Source: Blastocatellia bacterium
Lineage (GTDB): Bacteria; Acidobacteriota; Blastocatellia; UBA7656
DNA length: 64,000 bases
NCBI GenBank assembly: GCA_963765495.1
Contig: CAVXWP010000007.1
Location: 256,001-320,000 of the forward strand
Direction of reading: 5' to 3'
Made by a program: the position numbers and the translations under genes
In this document: positions 40,791 through 50,027 of the stretch, one piece after another
How positions within the stretch are numbered: position 1 is the stretch's first letter
How the letters are laid out: each line of letters begins with the position of its first letter
The notes under the pieces: generated by a model
The model's database searches: none
What the model saw: the letters and a program-made list of their open reading frames with translations, nothing else
What the model was told of the DNA's origin: nothing

Positions 40791-42022
40791 TGCCAGCGAA
40801 ACAGCTTCAGCGCGAGCGCGAAACTGATCAATGTCCATATCATCATCACGCCTATTTGCGGCCAGTTTGACGTGAGCGAAGCGCCTTCGTTCATAACCGC
40901 GCGCAGCGAATCGTTTAATGCCGTAAGCGGCAGCGCCTTGATAAAAGGCTGAAAGATTTCTGGAAAGCGTGATGCCGAAAAAAATGTCCCCGAAAGCAAC
41001 CACATCGGCAGCATTACCAGATTCATCAATCCCGAAACGCCTTCAATCGTCTTCGGGCGCGAAGCCACAAGCATTCCTAGCCCCGCAAACGTCAACGCCC
41101 CCAGGAGCGAGAGGATCGCGAGAGACAGTACCGAGCCGTGAACCGAAACCTTGAAAACGATCCACGCAAACCCGATGACCGCCACTACCTCAAACGCCAG
41201 AAATACCAGACGCGAAAACATGAAAGAGAGCAAAAAATGCGACCTCTTCATAGGAGTGGCCGCTAGCCGTTTGAGCAGCTTCCGGGTTCGCGCCTGCACT
41301 ACCGCAAACCCCAGCCCCCACATGCCGCTTCCCATCAAGTTCATGCCGATCAGGCCGGGGATCAGGAAATCAATATATCGTGCGCCCGGCTCGGTCACGG
41401 TTTCATCGCTTATTTGCGCGACATCAGCGCGTCCGAGCGCGCGTTGGAGCGCGTCATCAACCGCCATTCGCGCCATCCTGCTTTCGGGCCTCGTAGGGTC
41501 AAACCTGTAATCGAAATCAGGGGCCGGCTGGTCTGTTTGAGAACTGGTTTCATTTCCATTGGTCGAGTTTTGAATAGCTGTCCCGGCATTTTCCTGGCCC
41601 CTGGCCCCCGGCCCCCAGCCCCCTTCGAGGGGGCTCACAACGAGTGCCACCTTGCCCGTTCTGAGTGCCTGCGCCGCCGCTTCGGGCGTCAGCACCACAG
41701 CCTGAAGGTCGGGTGATTGGGCGAGTTTGTTTGCTATGTCGCTTGCCGTTGCCTCGCTCGATTCGCTTTGCTCGACGGCGATGCGTATCTTTTGGGGCGT
41801 GGTGTTGCGAAAGGCTATACCAAGCGCAAATGCGAGCAGTATGGGAAAGACGAATACCCAGAAGACCGCCTCCGGCTCGCGCCCGAATTCGCGTACCCTC
41901 GCAAGCGTCAACTCGATGAGCGGGTGCAATCGTTTGCCGCTTTTCTGCTTCTCTGTCCTTGAAGCGGGCGGCCTCGTGTCGGCTCCAATGTCTGTGATCA
42001 ATTCATCCTGAACCTTAGCCAT
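40787..42022 (-). CDS. ABC-2 type exporter permease
   Basis: REPEAVFW, YIDFLIPG, LKRLAATP, LSGTFF, LPLT. Confidence 0.93.
   Translation of the reverse strand: MAKVQDELITDIGADTRPPASRTEKQKSGKRLHPLIELTLARVREFGREPEAVFWVFVFPILLAFALGIAFRNTTPQKIRIAVEQSESSEATASDIANKLAQSPDLQAVVLTPEAAAQALRTGKVALVVSPLEGGWGPGARGQENAGTAIQNSTNGNETSSQTDQPAPDFDYRFDPTRPESRMARMAVDDALQRALGRADVAQISDETVTEPGARYIDFLIPGLIGMNLMGSGMWGLGFAVVQARTRKLLKRLAATPMKRSHFLLSFMFSRLVFLAFEVVAVIGFAWIVFKVSVHGSVLSLAILSLLGALTFAGLGMLVASRPKTIEGVSGLMNLVMLPMWLLSGTFFSASRFPEIFQPFIKALPLTALNDSLRAVMNEGASLTSNWPQIGVMMIWTLISFALALKLFRWQ
41519..41624. repeat. Degenerate GGGGCC(A/G) 7-mer element in frame inside the permease gene
   Basis: aggggccggctgg ... ctggcccctggcccccggcccccagccccc. 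Confidence 0.65.
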
Positions 42023-42974
42023 CGCGTAGCATCCTCCCTGTCATGCTCACGAAAACATCTTCGAGCGTAGCCTGATGCGTGGTCAAAGTGATCAGCTCTG
42101 CGCCCTGGCGACTGATCTCTGCGAGCAGGGCGGGCAGCGCCGCTCCTATTTCTGAAACGGTAAGCAGATAGCCGCCGTTTCGCTCGCGCACTCCGCGCAC
42201 GCCTGAAAGCCCTGCAAGAGGCGCATCTTCAAGCCCTCCCTTGACGCTGAATTCGACTATCTGATCTGCGCCGAGCGACGCTATCAGTTCGGCGGGCGTG
42301 CCCAGAGCGATCATCTTTCCGTGATCCATTATCGCAATGCGGTCACACAATCGCGCCGCCTCTTCCATATAATGAGTGGTCAGTAAAATCGTACCGCCCT
42401 CACCCTGAAACTGCTCGATTATCTCCCAGAGCTTTAAGCGCGCCTGCGGATCGAGCCCCGTCGTAGGCTCGTCCAAAAAGAGCAGATCGGGATTGCTGAC
42501 AAGCGCGCACGCTACGGCAAGGCGCTGCTTCTGCCCGCCTGAAAGCTTTCCCACACGGCTCTTTCTTTTCTCTTCAAGTTCTACGGTGCGGATCACGTTA
42601 TCTACATCTCGCCCGCGTTTGTAGAAGCTGCGGAATAATCGAATGGTCTCTTCTACGGTCAGCTTGTCGGCAAGCTGAGTCTCCTGTAGCTGAACGCCGA
42701 GCCGCTGGCGCAGGGCCTGATCGTTGCCCGCGCCCCAGCGAAGCCCGAGCAATTCGACCGTGCCGCCATCAGGCGCATTTAGCCCTTCGAGTATCTCTAC
42801 CGTTGTGGTCTTGCCCGCGCCGTTCGGTCCCAGCAGACCAAAGCATTCGCCCGAGTACACTTCCAGGTCAAGGCCGTTAACCGCCGTAACATCTGCGTAG
42901 CGTTTGACCAGATTTGTGCATCGCAATGCGACCGATTTTGCGCGAACCTCAGAGGCTGTATTGGTTGATGTCAT
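42015..42974 (-). CDS. ABC exporter ATP-binding protein
   Basis: GPNGAGKTT, LSGGQ, LDEPT, TTHYMEEA, ATLEDVF. Confidence 0.96.
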   Translation of the reverse strand: MTSTNTASEVRAKSVALRCTNLVKRYADVTAVNGLDLEVYSGECFGLLGPNGAGKTTTVEILEGLNAPDGGTVELLGLRWGAGNDQALRQRLGVQLQETQLADKLTVEETIRLFRSFYKRGRDVDNVIRTVELEEKRKSRVGKLSGGQKQRLAVACALVSNPDLLFLDEPTTGLDPQARLKLWEIIEQFQGEGGTILLTTHYMEEAARLCDRIAIMDHGKMIALGTPAELIASLGADQIVEFSVKGGLEDAPLAGLSGVRGVRERNGGYLLTVSEIGAALPALLAEISRQGAELITLTTHQATLEDVFVSMTGRMLRDG

Positions 42975-43011
42975 GATAAAACTTGCCTGAATAACTGTGG
43001 GTTAACAATTG

Positions 43012-43053
43012 AAAAAACGGCCCGGCATCTGTGCGCCTGACGACCGCGAACCG
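43012..43053 (-). terminator. Terminator-like hairpin plus U6 in the ABC operon leader
   Basis: Minus strand cggttcgcggtcgtc...gatgccgggccg-tttttt (bulged stem with G:U pairs). Confidence 0.55.
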
Positions 43054-43063
43054 AGAGCAGGAT

Positions 43064-43084
43064 TTAACGAATCAATGCTTTCAT
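43064..43084 (-). CDS. Putative leader peptide MKALIR
   Basis: AAGGAG 7 nt before ATG AAA GCA TTG ATT CGT TAA. Confidence 0.55.
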   Translation of the reverse strand: MKALIR

Positions 43085-43106
43085 CGGGCTTCTCCTTGTT
43101 TGTCTC

Positions 43107-43135
43107 ATCCTACTACGAAGCGCCGTAGGTGACAA
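43107..43135 (-). promoter_or_regulatory. Sigma-70 promoter of the ABC operon
   Basis: TTGTCA-17 nt-TAGGAT; spacer contains ctacg-N6-cgtag palindrome. Confidence 0.65.
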
Positions 43136-43247
43136 GTCGGCGTCAAAAGTTTATCATCACTGGACTGAGGGCGACCGCGCGATGTAGGCTAGTGATGACT
43201 TGTGATTCGGACAGGGCGGGATTGCCCGGTGGGAGCGTCCTTTTCAT

Positions 43248-44342
43248 TTGGCTAGAGAGAGCAATCAACCCAATTTCGAGCAAGCGCTCGGCGAAAACGT
43301 GCCGCTCGCGCCTTTTACTACGCTCGGCGTAGGCGGCCCCGCGCGGTACTTTGCCGAGATAACCGACTCTGAAATGCTTCGTGTAGCCGTAGCCTGGGCC
43401 AGATCGCAAGCCCTTCCTGTATTCGTGCTTGGCGGCGGCAGCAATATCGTAGTGGCCGATGAAGGATTCCCCGGCCTTGTTCTGCGTCTGGCGACTCGCG
43501 GAACAGATGCTCGCGTCACAGATGAAAAAGTTGTCCTTACAGTTGGCGCGGGCGAAGACTGGGACTCGGTGGTCGCCGAGTGTGTGTCCAAAGACTGGGC
43601 CGGGCTGGAATGTCTTTCCGGTATACCGGGCCGCGTCGGCGCTACGCCTATACAAAATGTAGGCGCGTACGGACAGGAGACCAGCGAGACATTTGCTTCG
43701 CTCGAAGCCCTTGACCTTCGCACCGGAAAGCTCGTAGAGATGAGCGCAGATGAATGCGAATTCGGCTATCGCACCAGCCGCTTCAAGACGCGGGATCGCA
43801 ATCGGTTCATCATTACCAGAGTAACTTATCATTTGAGCGCCGATGGAAAGCCCTCCATACGCTATCTCGATCTTCAATTATACTTCACGGGCGGCGGGAT
43901 AAAATCGCCCCGGTTGAGTGATGTGCGCGAGGCTGTGCTCGCGATACGCCGCAGCAAAGCGATGGTCATAGACATGGCCGACCTGGATTCGCGCAGCGTG
44001 GGCTCTTTTTTCGTAAACCCCATCGTCACCCGCGAAGCGTTCGAAAAGATAAAACAAAGGGCTGACAAATTTGCCGACGGTAAACAGATGCCTTCGTTTG
44101 CGGCTCCGGGCGGACGCGTGAAATTGTCCGCCGCGTGGTTGATTGAACACGCGGGCTTTGAGCGCGGATACGTATACGGCAACGTCGGCATTTCCAATAA
44201 ACACGCGCTGGCCATTATCAATCGGGGAAATGGAACGGCCCGCGAAATCCTGGAATTTGCCGGTAGAATAAAGCTTCGAGTGCGCAACACCTTCGGAGTA
44301 ACCCTTACACCCGAACCCGTCTTTGTCGGCTTCGACAGATGA
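43248..44342 (+). CDS. murB: UDP-N-acetylmuramate dehydrogenase
   Basis: TTLGVGGPA, LGGGSN, GIPG..GATPIQNVGAYG, FGYR.SRFK, GSFFVNP, KHAL, PEP. Confidence 0.97.
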   Translation: MARESNQPNFEQALGENVPLAPFTTLGVGGPARYFAEITDSEMLRVAVAWARSQALPVFVLGGGSNIVVADEGFPGLVLRLATRGTDARVTDEKVVLTVGAGEDWDSVVAECVSKDWAGLECLSGIPGRVGATPIQNVGAYGQETSETFASLEALDLRTGKLVEMSADECEFGYRTSRFKTRDRNRFIITRVTYHLSADGKPSIRYLDLQLYFTGGGIKSPRLSDVREAVLAIRRSKAMVIDMADLDSRSVGSFFVNPIVTREAFEKIKQRADKFADGKQMPSFAAPGGRVKLSAAWLIEHAGFERGYVYGNVGISNKHALAIINRGNGTAREILEFAGRIKLRVRNTFGVTLTPEPVFVGFDR

Positions 44343-44418
44343 AGAGTGATGCGTGATGCGTGAGACATAAAACCCCTATTGAACTGCTCCCTGATATTCA
44401 ATCACGCATCACTCTTCA
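44340..44418. repeat. Inverted 7-mer (GATGCGT) element between convergent genes
   Basis: Perfect 18-bp IR tgaagagtgatgcgtgat / atcacgcatcactcttca; includes the murB stop. Confidence 0.9.
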
Positions 44419-44422
44419 CGCT

Positions 44423-45697
44423 TCATTTGAGCGGCTTACTCTGACGAGCAAGATTATATCGCTGATAAGACATCTTCTTGCGAGCCATCTTGATGTCGCC
44501 CTCGTTTGAAAGCTCCGCCTCCAGATCGTTTAGCATGCCAACCTGTTCACGCACTTCCGTATCGGCCATGTAAGGCGCGCAGGATTGAGCCAGATTCTGA
44601 AGCGTCCCGGTGACGATTGCTCGGGCCGCCACTATGTTTCCGCTATCAAGCTGGTCCATAGCCTCGCGCCGGGCGCGGGCCGACATCAATAACTGGACTG
44701 CCTTTACCACCCGTTCATCAACCGGATGCCGCTCGACCTCATCAATTCCGGCAAACTCGATTGAGATGGTTTCAAGCATCACTTCTCGACTGTTGGAATG
44801 CTCTCCCTGTTGATCCCACGCCAGCCTGACATCGAGTATCTTATATCGCTGGCCCGCCGATTTGGCCGGTAATTTCAGCCTGACGACTACATCTATCGCC
44901 GCTCCTGCCAGCAGGTTTGGCAGTTTATAGCGGCCCGTATGTGTTACTTCAAAATCATTCAACACGTCCTGAACCCTTACCCCGTCCGAAGGGGTAAGCC
45001 CGAGGCTCACCGTGTGTCCAACCTGTGCGATCAATCCTTCCATCTCGGTTGCGAAAATTCGCTCCATGTCCGAAGGCTTCTCGACGTGCCAGGCATTGCC
45101 CCGACCCGCCTCGGCCATGGGGATGAGAAGGTCTTCGTTGAAATCACTGCCTATGCCTATGGTCGAAGTGCTGACGCCGCGAGCGGCCAGCTCTCCAGCC
45201 TGCGAAACTATACGATCAACATTGGTCTCGCCGATATTTGCCAGACCATCGGTTATCAGCAGGACACGGTTGATCGCTCCCTCACTCAAATGCTTGCTTA
45301 CTTCCATGCCGCCACGCACCCATGCCTCGTGAAGCGCCGTAGAGTTGCGGGAGCGTATGTGCATCAAGCTTTCCTTAATCGCCTCACGATTTTCCGCCGT
45401 CTGGCTCGGAACCAGTACCTCTACTACATCATCGAATATGACTACGCTTACGCGGTCTTCGGGCAAGAGCTGGTCAATACAATAGGCAGCCGCCTGCCGC
45501 GCTCGCGCTATCTTCTCGCCCTGCATGCTGCCTGAGCGGTCGAGCACGATACTCAGATTCATCGGGGGCCGTTTTTTCTGGCCGTGGGGCGCAGGCGGCG
45601 TGATGCGGATCAGAAAATCGGCTGTCTGCTCTTTGCCCGCCCGAAAAACGGGGCGCTCCGTAATCACATCGACATCGGGTCTGTTGGTTGCTCTCAT
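44423..45697 (-). CDS. Cytoplasmic vWA-domain protein
   Basis: MIDAS DRSGS, STAL, TDGLAN, FNEDLL; no signal peptide; helical C-terminal tail. Confidence 0.9.
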   Translation of the reverse strand: MRATNRPDVDVITERPVFRAGKEQTADFLIRITPPAPHGQKKRPPMNLSIVLDRSGSMQGEKIARARQAAAYCIDQLLPEDRVSVVIFDDVVEVLVPSQTAENREAIKESLMHIRSRNSTALHEAWVRGGMEVSKHLSEGAINRVLLITDGLANIGETNVDRIVSQAGELAARGVSTSTIGIGSDFNEDLLIPMAEAGRGNAWHVEKPSDMERIFATEMEGLIAQVGHTVSLGLTPSDGVRVQDVLNDFEVTHTGRYKLPNLLAGAAIDVVVRLKLPAKSAGQRYKILDVRLAWDQQGEHSNSREVMLETISIEFAGIDEVERHPVDERVVKAVQLLMSARARREAMDQLDSGNIVAARAIVTGTLQNLAQSCAPYMADTEVREQVGMLNDLEAELSNEGDIKMARKKMSYQRYNLARQSKPLK

Positions 45698-45706
45698 TCG
45701 AATTAC

Positions 45707-46339
45707 TCACTTTCCAGCCTCTCGGCTATGAACTTCGATCTCACTTAATATTCTGCGCGCCAGGCGTTGACGGTCGCGACTGTCGTCGCTCAACATAAAA
45801 TCTTCACGGATATGAAGCTCAAATCCCGGCTCGATTTCGATGCGCTTCCAGGTAGCCTTTAACCCGGCGGGCGCTGGAGCTTTGCGGGCGGCCGGTGTCT
45901 GCGCGCGGGCTTCAGGCGCTTCGGGTCTTGAAGACCTGACCAGAGATTCCAGATACTCCATCGCCGGATTTACGGATTCCATCACAGCTTCGCCCGCACT
46001 TCCTATGCCTACCAATCGCTCAAGCTCTGTTACGCTTTTTCCTTCGACCAGTTCCTTGATTGTCTTTATCGAAAGATGATCTGCCTGTAGCCGCTTTACA
46101 GCCAGCAATTGCAGCAGATGAAGATAGCCGTAAACGGCCGATGTGCCCTGTTTGCCTTCGGGCGGAGCTATCAGCCCTTCGGTGCTGTAATAACGCACCA
46201 TCCTCTCATCCGGCACTTCATTGACGCTGCCTCGCTCTTGCCGGGGCACGAGACGGCCTGTTAAATTGGCTGCCTCGTTTGCTAACTCTACTGCTCCTAA
46301 ATACTTACGCTCTTTTAAGCTCTCTGGCCGGTTTTCCAT
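45707..46339 (-). CDS. MerR-like HTH protein
   Basis: RMVRYYSTEGLI.PP, YGYLHLLQL..VKRLQ...LSI..I; C-terminal WKRIEIEPGFELH. Confidence 0.85.
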   Translation of the reverse strand: MENRPESLKERKYLGAVELANEAANLTGRLVPRQERGSVNEVPDERMVRYYSTEGLIAPPEGKQGTSAVYGYLHLLQLLAVKRLQADHLSIKTIKELVEGKSVTELERLVGIGSAGEAVMESVNPAMEYLESLVRSSRPEAPEARAQTPAARKAPAPAGLKATWKRIEIEPGFELHIREDFMLSDDSRDRQRLARRILSEIEVHSREAGK

Positions 46340-46348
46340 ACAAGACCC

Positions 46349-46389
46349 AGTTTACTGTATACCTTAATTACTGTCAACAGCATTTACTG
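46349..46389 (-). promoter_or_regulatory. Near-consensus sigma-70 promoter with three CAGTAA boxes
   Basis: TTGACA (46372-77)-17 nt-TAAACT (46349-54), 9 nt before ATG; ttactg at 46352, 46368, 46384. Confidence 0.8.
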
Positions 46390-46678
46390 GGAAGATAAAA
46401 TTTGTTTTAGTGGGGGTGTGCAGAGTGAGGAAAATCTGCTAATATATAAGTGACAGCAAAGCACTGTCATCTCTTCTCCAAGAGTGAGCGGAATGGTGGA
46501 GGGCGACCGATGTGCAACGGTCACCCTCATTTTTTATACCCTCGATTCACCTGACGTGATAATTTATGATCGAAGTTTGCGGATGATGAGTTGACCGGCC
46601 GAATCTTTATACGGGAAATAGATTTGGCCGGGACAGGCCCGGCCTTGAAGAATTCTATGCTTACCTTACAGTTTTGAC

Positions 46679-47257
46679 CTACAGCAGTTTCTTTATATCT
46701 TCTTCGAAATTCGACATAGGACGCGCGCCTATATATTTTCGAACCACAGAGCCGTTTCGGTCGAGCACATAAGTGGTTGGTATTCCCTGGCTCACGTCAT
46801 ACTCGCCAAGCGCTTGCGGGGTGCTGACCATAAATATCGAATAGTTGATGTTAAAGCTTTGCATGAAAGGAGCCACGGCTCCGGCTCCTCCGTTGGGACC
46901 GCGCGGCGCAATCGGGTCAATCGAGACGCCTACCACTTCGAGACCCTGATCGCGGTACTTATTTTGAAGGGCGATAAAACCGGGTATCTCAGACCGGCAC
47001 GGTCCGCACCAGGTCGCCCAGAAATCGAGTATCACAACTTTGCCTTTATAGGTTTCCAGACTCTGCCGGATGTTGTTTGTTGATAGTGGCGTAGGCGATA
47101 CGGCTATTGGAGCCGTGCTGGCGGTGTTGTTGCTTACGGAGTTGCCGCCCGACATCAGCGCGAACCCTCCGATTACGACTATAATGCCAACGGCCAGTGC
47201 GATTATCAGAGGGGCGCGGCTCGTGCTCTTCTTTTTATTTTTCGATGTAACTGCCAT
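46679..47257 (-). CDS. TlpA/ResA-like thiol-disulfide oxidoreductase
   Basis: N-terminal TM, DFWATWCGPC, IPTT. Confidence 0.93.
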   Translation of the reverse strand: MAVTSKNKKKSTSRAPLIIALAVGIIVVIGGFALMSGGNSVSNNTASTAPIAVSPTPLSTNNIRQSLETYKGKVVILDFWATWCGPCRSEIPGFIALQNKYRDQGLEVVGVSIDPIAPRGPNGGAGAVAPFMQSFNINYSIFMVSTPQALGEYDVSQGIPTTYVLDRNGSVVRKYIGARPMSNFEEDIKKLL

Positions 47258-47472
47258 AATTCTCCTTCAAAAAATGATTGCCTTCTGATGAATCGGGGGC
47301 AATCCTTCATCAAGTGCCTGGATTGATCGTAACACTTTTTAGCGACCGTCTGTTAGATAACCAGGAAAATACCAGCATTATTCCATATTTTACCAGCCAC
47401 AGAGCCTCTTTTAGCGAAAGAAATAAGAGAAATAGGGTCTGCCCTACTTTGGGCATTCAACCGCTCACCTGC

Positions 47473-48120
47473 TTATATTACGCGTTTACGCGAAGGAGCG
47501 CGCGCCTTTGTAGCCGGATGACCGGGTTTCTCCTTCATTCTTACAGGTTGCAGTCCCGAATGTCGGCGCTCCAGAATTATCCGACATACGACGAGCGCCA
47601 GCAATCTGTGTATAAAGCGCGCTTCGCGTCTCATCACAGGCTCAACTCTTATGCGCACGGTCGTCTGTGTACGCCGCCGCGTGTCAAAGCTAAAACTCAT
47701 CAGCGTCGTGGCGTAAAACTGTTTGTTGACGCTCATGGAAATCTCTGATCTCAACCGGCTGCGATAGGACCTGAGAAGGCGAAAGTTATCGCCTTCGGCC
47801 ATCTCGACTCTCAACCCTGCTTTGTTGGGGTTGGCGCGGGCGCGCTCCACAAGAAATGATTCGCTGCCTTCGCTCGAAATAATAGCGATTCTCTTATCGA
47901 GCGGGCCGACCTTGATATCGAATCTCTCAGTTTCAGTCTCATAGACAGCTCGGCGCATTCCCTGCCATCGAAGCCGTCCGATTATACGACCGTCTACCGT
48001 AAATATGTGCCGCGCATTGCTGTGCCCTTCGCGTCTGACCACGATCTCGCCTTCTCCCATAAAATCGCGCTCAAAATCTTGATTTGCGTGGGCGCTAAGA
48101 ATTTCTATTTTCGCTTCCAT
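47473..48120 (-). CDS. Hypothetical protein
   Basis: 215-aa ORF co-oriented with neighbours; beta-rich pattern followed by a hydrophobic helix. Confidence 0.6.
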   Translation of the reverse strand: MEAKIEILSAHANQDFERDFMGEGEIVVRREGHSNARHIFTVDGRIIGRLRWQGMRRAVYETETERFDIKVGPLDKRIAIISSEGSESFLVERARANPNKAGLRVEMAEGDNFRLLRSYRSRLRSEISMSVNKQFYATTLMSFSFDTRRRTQTTVRIRVEPVMRREARFIHRLLALVVCRIILERRHSGLQPVRMKEKPGHPATKARAPSRKRVI

Positions 48121-48125
48121 AATAA

Positions 48126-48229
48126 GTGATTCGTGATTCGTGATTCGTAATTCGTGACTGTAGGAGAGGCCGTTTGATAAAGATCATTGGCAAGCCTGCT
48201 CGAATCACGGATCACGGATCACGAATCAC
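48126..48229. repeat. Inverted 7-mer (GATTCGT) element
   Basis: gtgattcgtgattcgtgattcgtaattcgtga ... cgaatcacggatcacggatcacgaatcac. Confidence 0.9.
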
Positions 48230-49260
48230 GCTCCTATATAACGCGCATAAAGACCTCGCGCGAGGGCCGGGTCCGAGGTTCCCCGGATTATGCTGCGAGC
48301 ATCGCGAAACACCGTTATGTCGTAGCCGTTCACGCGAAAACGCAGCAGGAAATCATTAAAGGCGACATCGCCCAGCGGTGCGAGTCTGTCGGCAAGCGCC
48401 TGAAAATCCAGATTGGCAGAGCCTCTGCCAGTGATTTGCACAGCGTCCCTTCCGCAGAGCGTTGTCGTCACCTGACGGGCTGCGCCCTTCAGATATTCGA
48501 ACTCGTTTAGCCCACAGGCCGGACACTGGGAGCGATCCTGAAAGGTTTCAAGATTGAGCCGGTTGATTTGAAAATCCCAGACATCAACTCTTATCAGCGA
48601 GTGATGCAGACTGTCGGTGTGGCCTGTGAGCAATTTTATCGCTTCGGCCGATTGGATTGAGCCGATTATGGAGACAATCGGCATTATCACCCCCGCCGTA
48701 TCACAGGTCGGACCCGAACCGGGCGCGGGCATCGCTTCAAGCACGCAGCGAAGGCAAGGCGATCTGCCGGGCAGAATGGTCATCGTCAAGCCGTATGACC
48801 CCACTGCCGCGCCATAAATCCACGGCTTGCCCGTTTTTATGCAAGCGTCATTTATCAAAAAGCGCGCCTCGAAATTATCCGTTCCATCAAGGACCAGATC
48901 GGCTCCATCGATTATCTCTTCGACATTACCGAAACTCACATCCGTGACCACGGGCTCCGCTTCAATATCGGAATTGACTCGCCCTATGCGCCGGGCTGCG
49001 GCTACGGCCTTTGGCAGGCGGTCGCGCGCATCGCTTTCTTCAAACATGATCTGGCGCTGGAGGTTGGATTCTTCAACAAAATCTCTGTCTACGAGCCGGA
49101 GCTTTCCCACGCCTGCGCGGGCGAGAGTCTCAGCCTGAACAGCGCCGAGCGCGCCGCACCCTATGATGACTACCCGCGACCGGGCTAGACGGTCCTGACC
49201 CTCTTCGCCTACACCCTCGAAAAGCACCTGGCGCGAATATCTCTCATGCATATCCATCAA
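48226..49260 (-). CDS. ThiF/MoeB family adenylyltransferase
   Basis: RYSRQ, GCGALG, SNLQRQ, DGTDN, CLRC, TCDTAG, CPAC. Confidence 0.93.
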   Translation of the reverse strand: MMDMHERYSRQVLFEGVGEEGQDRLARSRVVIIGCGALGAVQAETLARAGVGKLRLVDRDFVEESNLQRQIMFEESDARDRLPKAVAAARRIGRVNSDIEAEPVVTDVSFGNVEEIIDGADLVLDGTDNFEARFLINDACIKTGKPWIYGAAVGSYGLTMTILPGRSPCLRCVLEAMPAPGSGPTCDTAGVIMPIVSIIGSIQSAEAIKLLTGHTDSLHHSLIRVDVWDFQINRLNLETFQDRSQCPACGLNEFEYLKGAARQVTTTLCGRDAVQITGRGSANLDFQALADRLAPLGDVAFNDFLLRFRVNGYDITVFRDARSIIRGTSDPALARGLYARYIGA

Positions 49261-49503
49261 CGCTTCATCGCTCCGGCTATCGACAACCGGCCTGAGAATA
49301 TCCGAGGCCGATTCTGGAAAGAATCATTCTACACGACGGCACCGGGGGCGGAAACCCGCTGCGTCTCGGTGTCGCTCTCAATCTCCTAACAATGTTGCGC
49401 ATACGTTGCACCATCGGATATAGTCTTTCCCGGATGGAGTGAGGGCTAACCGCTCACGGAGGCGCGATCCGTACTATATTTCGTGCGCCCACTCCTGTTT
49501 GTT

Positions 49504-49965
49504 ATGGCTAGCGAAAAAGTAGCGGCGACTAACCGAGAAGCCTACTTCAATTACCACATACTCGAAACCTATGAGTGCGGCATCGCGCTCACCGGCACAG
49601 AAGTAAAATCAATAAGAGAAGGGCGCTGCAATCTTAAAGACAGTTACGGCCAGGTGCGCGAGGGCGAGGCCTTTCTGCTGAACGCGCATATAAGTCCCTA
49701 CTCTCACGGCAATCGCGAAAATCATAACCCCACTCGCACCAGAAAATTGCTTCTGCACAAACCTGAAATAGAGCGCCTCTTAGGCAAGGTGCAAGAGAAG
49801 GGGCTCACGCTCGTCCCTACGAAGATGTATTTCAAGAACGGGCGTGTAAAGGTTGAGCTTGCGGTTGCAAAGGGTAAGAAACTCTATGATAAACGCGAGA
49901 CCGAGCGGAAGCGAGAGGCTGACCGCGAGGCCCGCGCTGTGATGAAAGAGGGATACCGCCGATGA
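49504..49965 (+). CDS. smpB: SsrA-binding protein
   Basis: GIALTGTEVKSIR, RTRKLLLH, GKKLYDKRE. Confidence 0.98.
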   Translation: MASEKVAATNREAYFNYHILETYECGIALTGTEVKSIREGRCNLKDSYGQVREGEAFLLNAHISPYSHGNRENHNPTRTRKLLLHKPEIERLLGKVQEKGLTLVPTKMYFKNGRVKVELAVAKGKKLYDKRETERKREADREARAVMKEGYRR

Positions 49966-50027
49966 CGGTCGATGGATTGCAAGCCCTGCGCTTGCTGTTT
50001 GAGATTAGAACTTAAGAGGGAGATGAG

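Noticed and set aside
40791-41003. N-terminal extension of the hydrolase ORF in the track
   Set aside because: Overlaps the permease; the start at 40790 gives an ATGA coupling
49261-50027. tmRNA or tRNA next to smpB
   Set aside because: No tRNA-like ends or T-loop motif found
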